Positions 1-10,086 of a DNA stretch of 64,000 nt are shown piece by piece. Each line of letters begins with the position of its first letter. Within the stretch, counting starts at the first letter, position 1. The translations under genes and the position numbers were made by a program. This DNA comes from an uncultured Gemmatimonadales bacterium. Lineage in GTDB: Bacteria; Gemmatimonadota; Gemmatimonadetes; Gemmatimonadales; GWC2-71-9. The stretch is taken from the NCBI GenBank assembly GCA_963828735.1, contig CAWHFW010000003.1, forward strand, positions 192,001 through 256,000. Reading direction: 5' to 3'. The notes beneath the pieces are model-generated. The model was not told the DNA's origin. It made no database searches and saw nothing but the letters and a program-made list of their open reading frames with translations.

Positions 1-510
1 GAGCGTCACGGCGCCATCCATGATCTCGAACCGCTTGAGGCTGATCGCCATCGGCTTCGAGGCGGCGGCTGGCGTCGCGGTCTCGGTGGTCTTCTTCGTG
101 ATGTCCCAGTTGGCGGCGCCGTCCTCGAGCCTGATGAGCCGGAGCCGCGGGTGGTCGAGCTGGACCGTGCGGATGACGATCGGCTTGCTGCTCCCCAAAG
201 CGGTTCCGAGCGCGCTGGCCAGGTTGACACTCACCCGGAGGTGGCGGACCGCGGCGAGGGTGTCGGCCTCGAACGGGCGGACGCCGACGGCGGTGAGGTC
301 GTCTAGCGTCACGGTGAGGTTGGGGAAGTCGCGGAAGAAGCTGAGCCCGACGTTCCGCCAGTCCACGCGGGCGTTGACGCTCCCGTTCACCGCGGTCTTC
401 ACGCGCGCGGCGATCGTGCCGCGGAAGAGGAACGGCAGGACCAGGAGCAGCACGACCACCAGCGCGACGACCGCGCCGACGACGGCCAGGATGCGGGTAG
501 ATCGTTTCAT
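1..510 (-). CDS. AsmA-family protein, N-terminal part (runs off window start)
   Basis: Manual translation from ATG at 510: MKRSTRILAVVGAVVALVVVLLLVLPFLFRGTIAARVKTAVNGSVNARVDWRNVGLSFFRDFPNLTVTLDDL...EDGAANWDI; N-terminal TM anchor plus AsmA-like LSFF..FP.L and DG..NWD motifs. Confidence 0.75.
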   Translation of the reverse strand, partial: MKRSTRILAVVGAVVALVVVLLLVLPFLFRGTIAARVKTAVNGSVNARVDWRNVGLSFFRDFPNLTVTLDDLTAVGVRPFEADTLAAVRHLRVSVNLASALGTALGSSKPIVIRTVQLDHPRLRLIRLEDGAANWDITKKTTETATPAAASKPMAISLKRFEIMDGAVTL

Positions 511-632
511 CTATGTCACCTCAGCCGGCTGGCGAAAATCCCAACGTTGCCGCTACGGCGTTCCGGGTCTTCCTGATGGATCGCCCCGAGTACACGGCGA
601 TACGGTAGAAGGTAGTCTCGGCCGGCCCGGAG

Positions 633-2936
633 ATGGCAGCATCCGCGGGTCGAGAGCCGGGGCGGGCCGGTCGCAGGCCACGGGCCGTCCCGCGCCGCGA
701 ACGAACAGTCACCCACCTCCGGGCGCCCGACCAGCGCTTGTCGGCCTCCGCGTCTCTTCCTATATATGTCAGGCTTCCTCGATCCAGGCCTTCCCCCACT
801 CGGTCACGGCACGTGTTGCTCGCGGTCTCCTTCCTGCTTTCGCCGGCGGCCATCGCCCCTACGACGACGGTCCTGATCCTGGTTGCGGCTCTAATCATCG
901 CGGTGCTCCTCCTCCGGGCGAGGCGTCAGCGCCTCCGTACCGAGCCGCGGCCGCTGCAACCGCCCGAACCCGCGCCGCGAATGCCCCCAACCGCGGCGCA
1001 TGACTGGTCCCGCGACGAGGAACGCTTCCGCACCCCGCTCGACCAGGTCGAGAACTACGCCATCGTCCTACTCGACCGCGCGGGCAAGCCCACCAGCTGG
1101 AATCCCGGGATCCGCCGCGTGCTGGGCTACGAGAGAGCCGAATTCCTCGAGAGCACCGCTGCCGACCTCTACCCCCCCGACGACCGGCAGCGCGGCGCAC
1201 CGGCCGCTGATCTCGCAGAGGCGGAACGGCAGGGCCGGTACACCACGGACCGCTGGCTCCTGCGGAGGGATGGCAGCCGCTTCTGGGGGTCGCTTTCCAC
1301 CACATCGGTGCAGGACGCCGAGGGCCGCCTGCTCGGCTTCGCCCGGCGGGTGCGCGACCTCTCGCAGCACAAGGAGGTCGAGGACCAGCTCCGCCTGAAG
1401 CAGGACGCGCTCGAGCTGGCGTTGGACGCGGCAGGACTTGGCGCCTGGGAGCATGATCTCTCGACCGGCACGCTCGCCATGGACGCCAGGGCCAGGATGC
1501 TGTTCGGCCTTACCGCCGAGGAGCGGGTGACGATGCGGCGATGCTTCGAGGCCCTGCACCCGGACGATCGTGAGCGCGCACTAGAGCACTGGGAGCGCGA
1601 CGTCCGGGACCGCGCGCAATACTCGGACGAATATCGCGTCATCTGGCCGGACGGCAGCGTGCACTGGATGATGGTCGTCGGCCGACCGGGGTCCGATCCC
1701 GGGAATGGCTCGGCCCGCCGGTTCAGCGGTGTCGTGATCGACCTGACGGAGCGGCGGCGCACGGAGGAGCACCTGCAGGAGAGTCTCAGGCTGGAGGCGG
1801 TCGGACGGCTCGCGGGCGGAATCGCGCACGACCTCAACAACATGCTCGCCGCGATCCTGGGCTTCGGCGACCTGCTCGGCCGGAGCCTGGAGCCAGGCGA
1901 TCCGCGCGCCGGGGACGTCGAGCAGATCATGCAGGCGGCGACGCGGTCCGCCGGCCTCACGCACCAATTGCTCGCCTTCGCGCGGCGCGAGATGATCCAT
2001 CCTCGCGCGCTCGACATCAACGCCGTCATCCACCACGTGCAGGCCTTGCTGCCTCCGATCCTGGGCGAGAACGTCGAGCTCAGGCTGCGTCTCGCGCCCG
2101 AGCTGGGTGCCGTATACGCCGACCCACGCCAGATCGAGCAGACCGTCATGAACCTCGTGCTCAACGCGCGCGACGCGATGCCCCAGGGCGGACAGGTCAC
2201 GATCGAGACCAGCACCGTCCAGCTCGGCCCGGGCACCGGGGCCTGGGCCAGCGAGGAGGGGCGGTTCACGATGCTGTCGATCACCGACACGGGACACGGC
2301 ATGGACGCGGCCACCCTGCACCGCATCTGGGAGCCGTTCTTCACCACGAAGCCACCGGGCAAGGGCACCGGGCTCGGCCTGGCCTCGGTGTACGGGGCCG
2401 CCAAGCAGAGCGGGGGCTTCGTGTGGGCCGACTCGGAGCCGGGCCGCGGCACCACGGTGCAGGTGTACTGGCCCGAGATCGGCGCCCCGGTCGAGCCGTC
2501 GGCGGAGCCCGAGCGCGCTCCCGCGCTCGTGGGCGGCAGCGAAACGGTGCTGATCGTGGAGGACGAGGAGCTGGTGCGCGCCCTCGCGGTCCGCGCCCTC
2601 CGAGGCTTCGGCTACGCCTGTCACCAGGCGGGCGACGCGGCCGAGGCGCTCCGGCTGCTCGTCGACCTCGAGATCCCCGTGGACTTGGTGGTCACCGACG
2701 TGGTGCTGCCGGGCATGAGCGGCGGCGAGCTGGGCAAGCGGCTGGCCCAGCGGCGCCCGCGCATTCCCGTGCTGTATACGTCGGCGTTCACGGATGCGGA
2801 GGTCATCCGGCGCGGGATGCTGGGCGAGGGACGGCCCTTCCTGCAGAAGCCGTTCACGCCCAACGAGCTCGCACGCATGGTGCGGGAAACGCTGGACGCG
2901 GCGGGAAGGCTGAAGGAGCGGGAGCTGGTGGAGTGA
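633..2936 (+). CDS. PAS-domain hybrid sensor histidine kinase/response regulator (likely start GTG ~813)
   Basis: TM segment, two PAS/PAC domains, H-box GGIAHDLNNML, N-box NLVLNARDAM, DTGHGM and FFTTKPPGKGTGLGL, C-terminal receiver (VEDE...TDVVLP...LQKPF). Confidence 0.95.
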   Translation: MAASAGREPGRAGRRPRAVPRRERTVTHLRAPDQRLSASASLPIYVRLPRSRPSPTRSRHVLLAVSFLLSPAAIAPTTTVLILVAALIIAVLLLRARRQRLRTEPRPLQPPEPAPRMPPTAAHDWSRDEERFRTPLDQVENYAIVLLDRAGKPTSWNPGIRRVLGYERAEFLESTAADLYPPDDRQRGAPAADLAEAERQGRYTTDRWLLRRDGSRFWGSLSTTSVQDAEGRLLGFARRVRDLSQHKEVEDQLRLKQDALELALDAAGLGAWEHDLSTGTLAMDARARMLFGLTAEERVTMRRCFEALHPDDRERALEHWERDVRDRAQYSDEYRVIWPDGSVHWMMVVGRPGSDPGNGSARRFSGVVIDLTERRRTEEHLQESLRLEAVGRLAGGIAHDLNNMLAAILGFGDLLGRSLEPGDPRAGDVEQIMQAATRSAGLTHQLLAFARREMIHPRALDINAVIHHVQALLPPILGENVELRLRLAPELGAVYADPRQIEQTVMNLVLNARDAMPQGGQVTIETSTVQLGPGTGAWASEEGRFTMLSITDTGHGMDAATLHRIWEPFFTTKPPGKGTGLGLASVYGAAKQSGGFVWADSEPGRGTTVQVYWPEIGAPVEPSAEPERAPALVGGSETVLIVEDEELVRALAVRALRGFGYACHQAGDAAEALRLLVDLEIPVDLVVTDVVLPGMSGGELGKRLAQRRPRIPVLYTSAFTDAEVIRRGMLGEGRPFLQKPFTPNELARMVRETLDAAGRLKERELVE

Positions 2937-3049
2937 GCGGCGGCGAACGCCCGTACGGACGAACGCCTGCTCGACGGAACGGCCGGCTTACCCTTGGGTG
3001 AGCCGGCCGTTCTTGGATGGGTTCGTCGCGGCTTCCGCCGCGGGCGACC

Positions 3050-3496
3050 CTACCAGGGCAGGATGTCGAGCTCCTCCAGCGACGCCGCGACCAAGACCAG
3101 GGTGGGCACGTTGAGCTCACGCCGGAACCGATTCGCCGCGGCGCGCACGTCTTCGGACACCGGCACCCCGGTGCGGCGGCGGTAGTCGCGGTAGCAGTCG
3201 CCCAGGTCGTTGAAGACACGGCGGAGCGACCGCGCCTCCCGCACCTGGTCCGGGCTCCGGGTCGCGTGAGCGGCCAGCGGATCGGTTGTCCGGGAGCGGT
3301 GGCGTGCCGACTTCGGGCGACTGGCCTTGGCCCGCTGGTCAGCGGCCGCGGCTGCGTCGCTCACGCGAGCGAGCACGCGGTCGGTAAGGGCCCGGGACTT
3401 GGAATCGGTATCGGACGAGCGGGAACGTTCGGACATGGGGACCCCTGCCGAGGTGCCGCGAGAGACGCCTCCGTGCCGGAGCGGCTGGAGACTCAT
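3050..3496 (-). CDS. hypothetical protein (start may be ATG ~3436)
   Basis: Protein-like C-terminal half (SLRRVFNDLGDCYRDYRRRTG...LEELDILPW); same strand as the upstream rSAM operon. Confidence 0.55.
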   Translation of the reverse strand: MSLQPLRHGGVSRGTSAGVPMSERSRSSDTDSKSRALTDRVLARVSDAAAAADQRAKASRPKSARHRSRTTDPLAAHATRSPDQVREARSLRRVFNDLGDCYRDYRRRTGVPVSEDVRAAANRFRRELNVPTLVLVAASLEELDILPW

Positions 3497-3569
3497 TGAA
3501 ACTTACCCGGTCGACCGGTGATTAGCGAGCGCGACAGAATCCTGCCCAGCACGGGAACGACGTGAGGCC

Positions 3570-3821
3570 TCAGCTCCCAGCAGCCGACACGCGTTTCGTC
3601 GCGTACGCATCCCGTGCCTGCCGGAGGACGTCGTCCAGCTCGTTCCGCAGGTCCTCGATCTCCCCCTCGATCTCGCTGAGCGACGAGCAGACCGGCGTGA
3701 CCGACAGCATCCCGTTGGCCTGCCGTACGACCCGCTGCAGGAAGATGTGGACCGTCGGCACCGGGGAGCGCGAGCTCCGGTGGACGTTGAGCATGATGCG
3801 GCGGTTGTCGGAGGAGGCCAT
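3570..3821 (-). CDS. 83-aa hypothetical protein with C-terminal coiled coil, coupled to the rSAM gene
   Basis: ATG directly follows the rSAM stop (TGA-ATG); LSEIEGEIEDLRNELDDVLRQAR heptads. Confidence 0.65.
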   Translation of the reverse strand: MASSDNRRIMLNVHRSSRSPVPTVHIFLQRVVRQANGMLSVTPVCSSLSEIEGEIEDLRNELDDVLRQARDAYATKRVSAAGS

Positions 3822-5492
3822 TCAGTACGATCCCAGGGTCGGGGTGACGGCGCTCTCGAGCGCCGGGTCGGCGGGACGAACCGCGCGCCGGCCGGGCGCC
3901 GGCCGGGCGATGGTGACCGTCTCTTCCATCGCGCTCTTGAGATAGGCGTTGGGATCGTGCATCATGGCGCCCGCCGGCAAGTGCGGGTACAGGTCGCCGA
4001 GATCTCGTTCGATCCGACGCGCGTAGAACTGCGGCAGCTCCGCGCTCTCCCCCTCCATGAACGGTCGCACGGTCGGGTCCTCGTCCAGCAGGCGCCGGAT
4101 GCCCGTGTGGTACTCGATTCGTCCCCAGCCCTCCGACGACATCGCGCGCACCACGTTCATCGCCCGGGGAATCATTCCATCCGTGGCGCCGAACCGGCGG
4201 CGGATCGCGCGCCAGGAGAACGAATAGCTGCTCAGATCCACCAGGTGGTCGTAGAACGCCGGCCAGTCATAGTTCTTGGGCCGTACGTTCATCGCGTGGT
4301 TGTTGTTGAGGAACGTGAATGGGAACGGCACCACTCGGCCGTCGCGCTGGTACTCGAGGTTGAGCGGCGCCGCCCGGCCGAACGCGGACAGGAGCGAGTA
4401 GGCGGGAAACGCGCCCGGCGCCAGGTCGAGAAACCGCTTGGTGAGCTCGAACGGCTCCGGTCCCTCGTCGGTATCGAGGCCCAGGACGAAGTTGGTCTGG
4501 ATGTAGGGGATGTAGCGCAGGATCAGGTTCACGTGCTCCGCCACCTGCTGCACCTTTTCCATCCCGGTCCGCCGGGTCTTCGACTTGTTGCCCATGTCGT
4601 ACCATGACTCGATGCCGGGCAGGATGGCGTGGAAGCCGTTCTTGCGGAGCCGCGCGAGGTGCGGCTCGGCGAGCAGCGACAGGCTGCTCTCGGCGATGTG
4701 CCGCAGGCGGACGCCCGGATCGGCGCGCTCGATGGCCTCCATGTAGTCGTCGAACCGTACGCCAAAGTTCGGGTCGTGCCAGCCGACGATCGGCCGCTTC
4801 ATCTTCGTCAGCAGGAACGCGAGGTCCGTGCTCACCTGGTCGAAGCCGAGGGGCTGGTAGTCCACCGTCGAGTCGATGCAGAAGCTGCAGGTGTAGGGGC
4901 AGCCGAGGCTGCCGATCATCGGCACGAACTTGACGGTGGGCGCCTTGGCGAGCGCCGCCTCCACGAACTTCCAGCGGGCCTCGAGCGGCGGGAGCTCCGC
5001 GGGCTGGCGGTTGGCAGCCAGGAGCCGGCCCTCGGGCCAGTGGGGCGCGCACTCGTCGAGCACCTCCTGCACCACGGCGCGATCGGTGAACCCGAGCACG
5101 TAATCGAAGTACTTCCGGGCATCCTCGGGATAGCAGCGCGCGTGGGGGCCGCCGAGCACCGTGACCGTGCCGCGGCTGCGATAAAGGTTGCCGATCGCGT
5201 AGGCCAGCTGCGCGGCTTGCGTGAACGCGCCGATGAAGAGGACGTCGAGATCGCTCGGCAGCTCGGCCAGCAAATCATCACCGCCCGTATAGCACACGTA
5301 GGTCACCTGGTGCCCGGCTTCCTCGCACCACACGCCCAGGACCTGGGGCATGATGCTGGCCAGGTTGGCGTTCATCAGGCGGCCATAGAGACTGTTGCGC
5401 GGGCTCTTGGTGACGAGGTCGAGGATGCCGACGCGGCGGCGGCGCGGCGTCCGACCCAGGGCTGGGGAGCTACGGGTGGTCGACGCGATCAT
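3822..5492 (-). CDS. cobalamin-binding radical SAM protein
   Basis: B12-binding domain (TVLGGPHAR) followed by CxxxCxxC (CPYTCSFC); GIES and FVLGLDTD motifs. Confidence 0.9.
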   Translation of the reverse strand: MIASTTRSSPALGRTPRRRRVGILDLVTKSPRNSLYGRLMNANLASIMPQVLGVWCEEAGHQVTYVCYTGGDDLLAELPSDLDVLFIGAFTQAAQLAYAIGNLYRSRGTVTVLGGPHARCYPEDARKYFDYVLGFTDRAVVQEVLDECAPHWPEGRLLAANRQPAELPPLEARWKFVEAALAKAPTVKFVPMIGSLGCPYTCSFCIDSTVDYQPLGFDQVSTDLAFLLTKMKRPIVGWHDPNFGVRFDDYMEAIERADPGVRLRHIAESSLSLLAEPHLARLRKNGFHAILPGIESWYDMGNKSKTRRTGMEKVQQVAEHVNLILRYIPYIQTNFVLGLDTDEGPEPFELTKRFLDLAPGAFPAYSLLSAFGRAAPLNLEYQRDGRVVPFPFTFLNNNHAMNVRPKNYDWPAFYDHLVDLSSYSFSWRAIRRRFGATDGMIPRAMNVVRAMSSEGWGRIEYHTGIRRLLDEDPTVRPFMEGESAELPQFYARRIERDLGDLYPHLPAGAMMHDPNAYLKSAMEETVTIARPAPGRRAVRPADPALESAVTPTLGSY

Positions 5493-5611
5493 CGAGGCAC
5501 CGTCCTGGCGGAGGTGGGCACTCGAATCGCTGGGTCCCGGAAACGGGGCAGAGTAATTGGAGTGGTAGGTGACTCGGCCTATGGCCGGGCAAGCGCTTAG
5601 AGTGTATACTG

Positions 5612-5669
5612 CAGTGCTACATATCGCAAGGCTATATCGGCAGCGCTACATATCGCACGGCTATATCGC
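5612..5669. promoter_or_regulatory. tandem 29-bp direct repeat, putative operator between divergent rSAM and XRE genes
   Basis: cagtgctacatatcgcaaggctatatcgg (5612-5640) / cagcgctacatatcgcacggctatatcgc (5641-5669), 26/29 identical. Confidence 0.6.
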
Positions 5670-5700
5670 GTAGCTGCCGCGGCCCCACCCGAAAGGCCCC

Positions 5701-5940
5701 ATGGTCCGGCTCAGGATCGATAAAATCATGGCGCGGCGTGGCATCTCGGCGTACGCGCTGAGCCGCGGTGCCGAGATCAGCTACCCGAGCGCCTACCGGC
5801 TGTCGAGGCCGGGTGGACGGTTCGGGCGGTTGCACTCTGACACGCTGGACCGGCTGTGCACCTTCTTCGAGGTGCAGCCGGGAGCATTGATGGAATGGGT
5901 GCCTAGAAAAGGCTCGAACGGCAGCGCACGCGAGCGGTAA
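5701..5940 (+). CDS. Cro/C1-type (XRE) HTH transcriptional regulator
   Basis: MVRLRIDKIMARRGISAYALSRGAEISYPSAYRL...TLDRLCTFFEVQPGALMEW, typical small XRE HTH. Confidence 0.85.
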   Translation: MVRLRIDKIMARRGISAYALSRGAEISYPSAYRLSRPGGRFGRLHSDTLDRLCTFFEVQPGALMEWVPRKGSNGSARER

Positions 5941-5949
5941 TCACACCGG

Positions 5950-6903
5950 TCAGCGCGCGGCCGTGTCCGGCGCCTGCCCTGCGGCCGTGTCCGGCGTCTG
6001 TCCTGCGGCCTGAGCCAATTTGGTTACCGCGTCCAGCACCTGCGCCGGCTGCTCCTCCTGGATGAACTGCCCCGACCCCGCCACGCTGTCGATCCCGTAG
6101 TTCCTGAGCTTCGAGCCGAGCAGCGCCCGCTGATCCGCGGGCACCTCCGAGGGATGGGTGACCGTCCCCACCAGCAGCCGCACCGGCATCGTGCATTGGT
6201 GCAGCTGCTCCGCGAGCGATGTCGGCTCCTTGGACTTCGACATCCGTTGGAAGGCGTCGATCGATCCCTTGATGTCCGCGGTTTGCCCCGCGGTGTAGGC
6301 GCGGATGACGGCGTCGGTGATCCACGTGGTGTCGCCCGAGTTGCGGACGATCTCGCGCCGCACGTCGTGTCGGAGCGCCGACTCATCCAGCGCGAACTTC
6401 ACCAGACCGCCCCCGAACTTGAACGCCTTCTTCATGCCGGGCGTGGCCGCGCTCTCCGACGGGCCGCCGTCGAGGGAGAGCAGCCCGCGCACGAGATCGG
6501 GGCGCGCGACCGCGACGCGGAACGCGATCGCGGCGCCGCTGCTCTGGGCCACGACCAGGGCGCCGGTGACACCGAGGCTGTCGAGGACCTGGCTCACGCG
6601 CCCGGACTGTGCGGCGAACGAGTAGTCCGCGTCCTTCGGGTGCGAGGACCAGCCATAGCCGAGCGGCTCGACCACGATGGTGCGGTAGCCGCGCTCGGCG
6701 AGCGGTGCGATCAGCATCCGGTAGCCGTAGGCCGAGCCGAAGATGCCCGGAATGAGCACGAGCGGCGCGCCGCTGCCGACCGTGGTGGTGCGAAGGATCT
6801 CATTGGGCCCGACCTGGATGTCGCGGACCACGGCGGCGAGCGGCGGCAGGGTGTCGGACGCCGGGGTGGACACGGCGACGAGAGCGAAGGCAAGGGACAG
6901 CAA
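5950..6903 (-). CDS. exported alpha/beta-fold hydrolase-like protein
   Basis: Signal peptide, LVLIPGIFG, EPLGYGWS, nucleophile elbow AQSSG, C-terminal GSGQFIQEEQP. Confidence 0.85.
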   Translation of the reverse strand: MLSLAFALVAVSTPASDTLPPLAAVVRDIQVGPNEILRTTTVGSGAPLVLIPGIFGSAYGYRMLIAPLAERGYRTIVVEPLGYGWSSHPKDADYSFAAQSGRVSQVLDSLGVTGALVVAQSSGAAIAFRVAVARPDLVRGLLSLDGGPSESAATPGMKKAFKFGGGLVKFALDESALRHDVRREIVRNSGDTTWITDAVIRAYTAGQTADIKGSIDAFQRMSKSKEPTSLAEQLHQCTMPVRLLVGTVTHPSEVPADQRALLGSKLRNYGIDSVAGSGQFIQEEQPAQVLDAVTKLAQAAGQTPDTAAGQAPDTAAR

Positions 6904-7114
6904 TGGGGCTCCCGGGGAGCGGGGGATGCCGGTGATGATGTCGGTCGGGATCGGGCTCGCGAGGACACAGCGAGGATTACGTGGAGCGGCCCGGTGGGAC
7001 GCGCAGTGCGGATCGCGAACCGGAGGGTAGTCAGAAGCTAATGGTCGGTACGTGGCTTCGCGAGCCGGGGCTGAAATGCGGGCACGTGCCGATTTGGCCC
7101 GCTCTTCGTGCGGC

Positions 7115-8506
7115 TTACCGTGCCGAGGTCGCGGTGAAGCTCATGACGCCGCCCTTCAACACCCACCGCACCCGCTGGTAGTTCGCCACGTCCGCCAGCG
7201 GATCCGCGCCGAGCGCGACCAGGTCGGCCGCCTTACCGATTTCGATCGTACCGAGCTCCGCCTCCCGTCCCATCGCGCGCGCCGCGTTCCGCGTCGCCGC
7301 CACCAAGACCTCCATCGGCGTGAGCCCGGCGTCCGCGAGCAGCGCGAGCTCGCGGTAGAAGGAGGGCCCGTGGAGCGTGCCGGGGTTTCCCGCGTCAGTG
7401 CCGGCCGCGAGGGTGATGCCGGCGTCCTGCACCCGTTTCGCGTTCGCCTGCGCCCTCGCGCGCTCTTCGTCGGACTGGCGGATCACCGTCGTGTCCGTCC
7501 ACCAGGCTTTCCCGTGCGACGGGTGCACCGGTCCCGATGCGACCAGCGCGCGCGACGCGGAGTCCGCGCAGGCGAGCGGGTAGAGCCGCCCGTCCACGGT
7601 CCCCTGCCCCGCCGCCAGGTAGCCCTCGATGACGGTGATGGTCGTGATGTAGACCACCTTGTGTGACCGGGCCAGCTCGAGGAACTCGTCGTCCACCGGC
7701 TTGTCGCTGACGCTGTGGACCAGCACGTCTGCGCCGGCGCGGATCGCGTCCTTCGCCTCCCAGAGCCCAGTCGCATGCACGATGACGCGCAGCTTCAGGC
7801 GATGCGCCTCCTCGACCGTCGCGCGAACCAGCGCCTGGACGCGCGCGGTGTCCGGCGGCTCGGGCGGCATGATGTACCAGATCTTGATCGCGTCGGTCCC
7901 GAAGGCGGCGTGCGAACGCACGGCCTCGCGCACCACCGAGTCGCTCGCCATGTAGACGAACTGCCGCTCGGCGGGGAGGTTGAGCCAGAAGTCGATGGTG
8001 GAGAGCAGTGGGCCGGCCGCCGCGATGCGCGGGGCGTGCGGATCGTTCGCGAACCGGTCGCGGAGGGCCCAGGTCCATGGATATCCGCCGACGTCGAAGA
8101 CCGACGTGATGCCGGTGCAGAGGTAGCTGCGGAAGAACCGCTCCGGATGCGCCTCAAGGTTGGCCTCGACCTGCGCGTAGGGATACGTGTCGCGAAGGTC
8201 GGCGGCGTCAGGGCGGCCGTCGAACCAGCCGGTCTGGCTGAAGTGGACGTGGGCGTCGATCAGTCCGGGGATGAGCCAGGCGCCCCGGGCATCGGTCCGC
8301 GCGGCGCCGGACGGAACCGGGCAGGCCTTGCGAGTCCCGGCGCATGTGATGCGGCCGCCGCGGATCAGGACGACGGCGTCGGTGACGGGCGGCGCGCCGG
8401 TCCCGTCGAGCAACGTCGCGCCGGTGATGGCGCGGGTGGTCTGGGCGGAGAGGGCGGGCGCCGCCGAGAGGAGTGCGAGGATCGAGACGACCGTGCGGAT
8501 GGGCAT
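7115..8506 (-). CDS. exported amidohydrolase family protein
   Basis: Signal peptide MPIRTVVSILALL; LIPGLIDAHVH, AGTDAGNPG and GTIEIGKAADLVAL motifs. Confidence 0.9.
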   Translation of the reverse strand: MPIRTVVSILALLSAAPALSAQTTRAITGATLLDGTGAPPVTDAVVLIRGGRITCAGTRKACPVPSGAARTDARGAWLIPGLIDAHVHFSQTGWFDGRPDAADLRDTYPYAQVEANLEAHPERFFRSYLCTGITSVFDVGGYPWTWALRDRFANDPHAPRIAAAGPLLSTIDFWLNLPAERQFVYMASDSVVREAVRSHAAFGTDAIKIWYIMPPEPPDTARVQALVRATVEEAHRLKLRVIVHATGLWEAKDAIRAGADVLVHSVSDKPVDDEFLELARSHKVVYITTITVIEGYLAAGQGTVDGRLYPLACADSASRALVASGPVHPSHGKAWWTDTTVIRQSDEERARAQANAKRVQDAGITLAAGTDAGNPGTLHGPSFYRELALLADAGLTPMEVLVAATRNAARAMGREAELGTIEIGKAADLVALGADPLADVANYQRVRWVLKGGVMSFTATSAR

Positions 8507-8598
8507 GGGCACACCGGTGAAGGGAATCGCTGTGTTGGTATCCGATCCACTCGCTGGAAGGTGACAGGGGAGTGGATGGTGGTACTCCTCTCGCTCCG

Positions 8599-9282
8599 TC
8601 ACTGCTGCCGAAGCGGGACCGGAGCACCCAGCGTGGCCGTGATCCGCGCGCCTGCCCGCAGACACGCTCCGTTCGCGGCGCCGCGCCGGAGCCGCACCTC
8701 CGACGTCGGTACGGAGAGCGCTTCGTCCTTCTGGACCAGCGAGTCGAGTCGCACCTGAGGCGGCCCGGACGATCCGTCCCGCCGCAGGTGCAATACGGCC
8801 GTCGTGCCCGCGGGCAACATGGTGGCGCCGCCGGCCTTGACCGGCGAGGCCAGCCGCGCCGTGAACCGCTTCTGACCGGTGGACGGCGCACAGCTGCGCG
8901 ACGGCACCGTCAGATCGAGCACCGTGCCCTTGGGCAGCCGCTGCGACTCGACGGCCGCGGTGTCAGCCGCCGCGGTGTCCTTGGCCGTGGTGATGGGAGG
9001 CGTCGGCGGCGGCGCCGTCGTCGGTCGCGCAGTCGCGGACGTCCGCGCATGACTGTTGGTCGAGGCGGATTCGGCGATCACCGCCGCCGCGGAGTCCCGG
9101 TGCGTGCTCTCACGCGGTGCGGGCGCCGCGCTCACCGCTTGCGCCGCTGGCGGCTCGCGCCGGAACACGCCGAGCTGGTTGAGCCCCGCTACCAGTCCGC
9201 TCAGCGCGGCGACCAACCCGGTCGCGGTCGTCAGAACGCCGGGAAGGGATTTCCACCGGGATTGTTTCTGCTCGTCGGGCAC
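8599..9282 (-). CDS. hypothetical membrane-anchored protein with Pro/Thr-rich linker
   Basis: GTG start after AAAGGAGG; TM segment SLPGVLTTATGLVAALSGLVAGL; low-complexity linker; beta-rich C-domain. Confidence 0.6.
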   Translation of the reverse strand: MPDEQKQSRWKSLPGVLTTATGLVAALSGLVAGLNQLGVFRREPPAAQAVSAAPAPRESTHRDSAAAVIAESASTNSHARTSATARPTTAPPPTPPITTAKDTAAADTAAVESQRLPKGTVLDLTVPSRSCAPSTGQKRFTARLASPVKAGGATMLPAGTTAVLHLRRDGSSGPPQVRLDSLVQKDEALSVPTSEVRLRRGAANGACLRAGARITATLGAPVPLRQQ

Positions 9283-9630
9283 CAGCCCTCCTTTCGTTCC
9301 TCGCCACTCCGAAGTGGGCCGCGGACGGGCATGGTGCTGTGAGCGAGGGCACAAATGCGAGCCGACGCGGTTCGGGCGTGCCCAGCGACGGCGAGGTCGA
9401 GGACCAGGAGGTCTCCGCTACGAGTCCCTGAACTTACGGGCGGCCGCGGCAGCGCGCACTGAGGCAACATCCGGATCGTCATCGCGAACAAGCCGAGCGG
9501 CCGGTCTGCTGCAGTATGCAACTCATTGCATTGGTTGGGCCTCGGGCTCGTCACGTGAGATCCCTCACAGCCGGCTCTGCGAACCAATCCTATGTTTTCC
9601 TTACACCCCCTTTATACGGAGGCGAGCAAC

Positions 9631-10086
9631 ATGCCGAGTCTTCGCACGTTTGCCGTCCTCGTGACGACCCTCCTGTCCGCCGCATGCTCGGAGGACCTGA
9701 CCCTGCCGGGCGGCAATGCTGGGAACACTCCCGCGCCTGCGTCCCTGACCGCGGTGGCAGGCGACGACCAGCGCGCTCCCGTCGGCGCGGTGCTCGATCA
9801 GCCGCTCACGGTCCAGGCGCTGGACGCGAGCGCGCAGCCCGTCGCCGGCGTCAGGGTGGAGTTCGCGTTCGTCGGCACCGCGGACGGCGCCACGCTCGAT
9901 CCGGCGGCCGATACCACTGGTGCCGATGGACGCGCGGCCACGACGGTTCGGCTGGGCCCGCTTCCCGGCGAGCAGACTATCGTCGCCGCGGTGGCCGACC
10001 CGCAGCTGCCGTCGCTCAGCGCACGGTTCACCGCCACCGCGACGCGCACGCACGGGCATGGCGGCGGCGAAGGTGGAGGCGATTGA
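9631..10086 (+). CDS. lipoprotein with bacterial Ig-like domain
   Basis: GGAGG RBS; lipobox LSAAC; AGDDQRAPVGAVLDQPLTVQALD...PVAGVRVEF...TGADGRA. Confidence 0.75.
   Translation: MPSLRTFAVLVTTLLSAACSEDLTLPGGNAGNTPAPASLTAVAGDDQRAPVGAVLDQPLTVQALDASAQPVAGVRVEFAFVGTADGATLDPAADTTGADGRAATTVRLGPLPGEQTIVAAVADPQLPSLSARFTATATRTHGHGGGEGGGD

Noticed and set aside
3822..5492. B12-rSAM as a tailoring enzyme of the RiPP locus
   Set aside because: It lies 25 kb away among unrelated genes and has no visible RRE.
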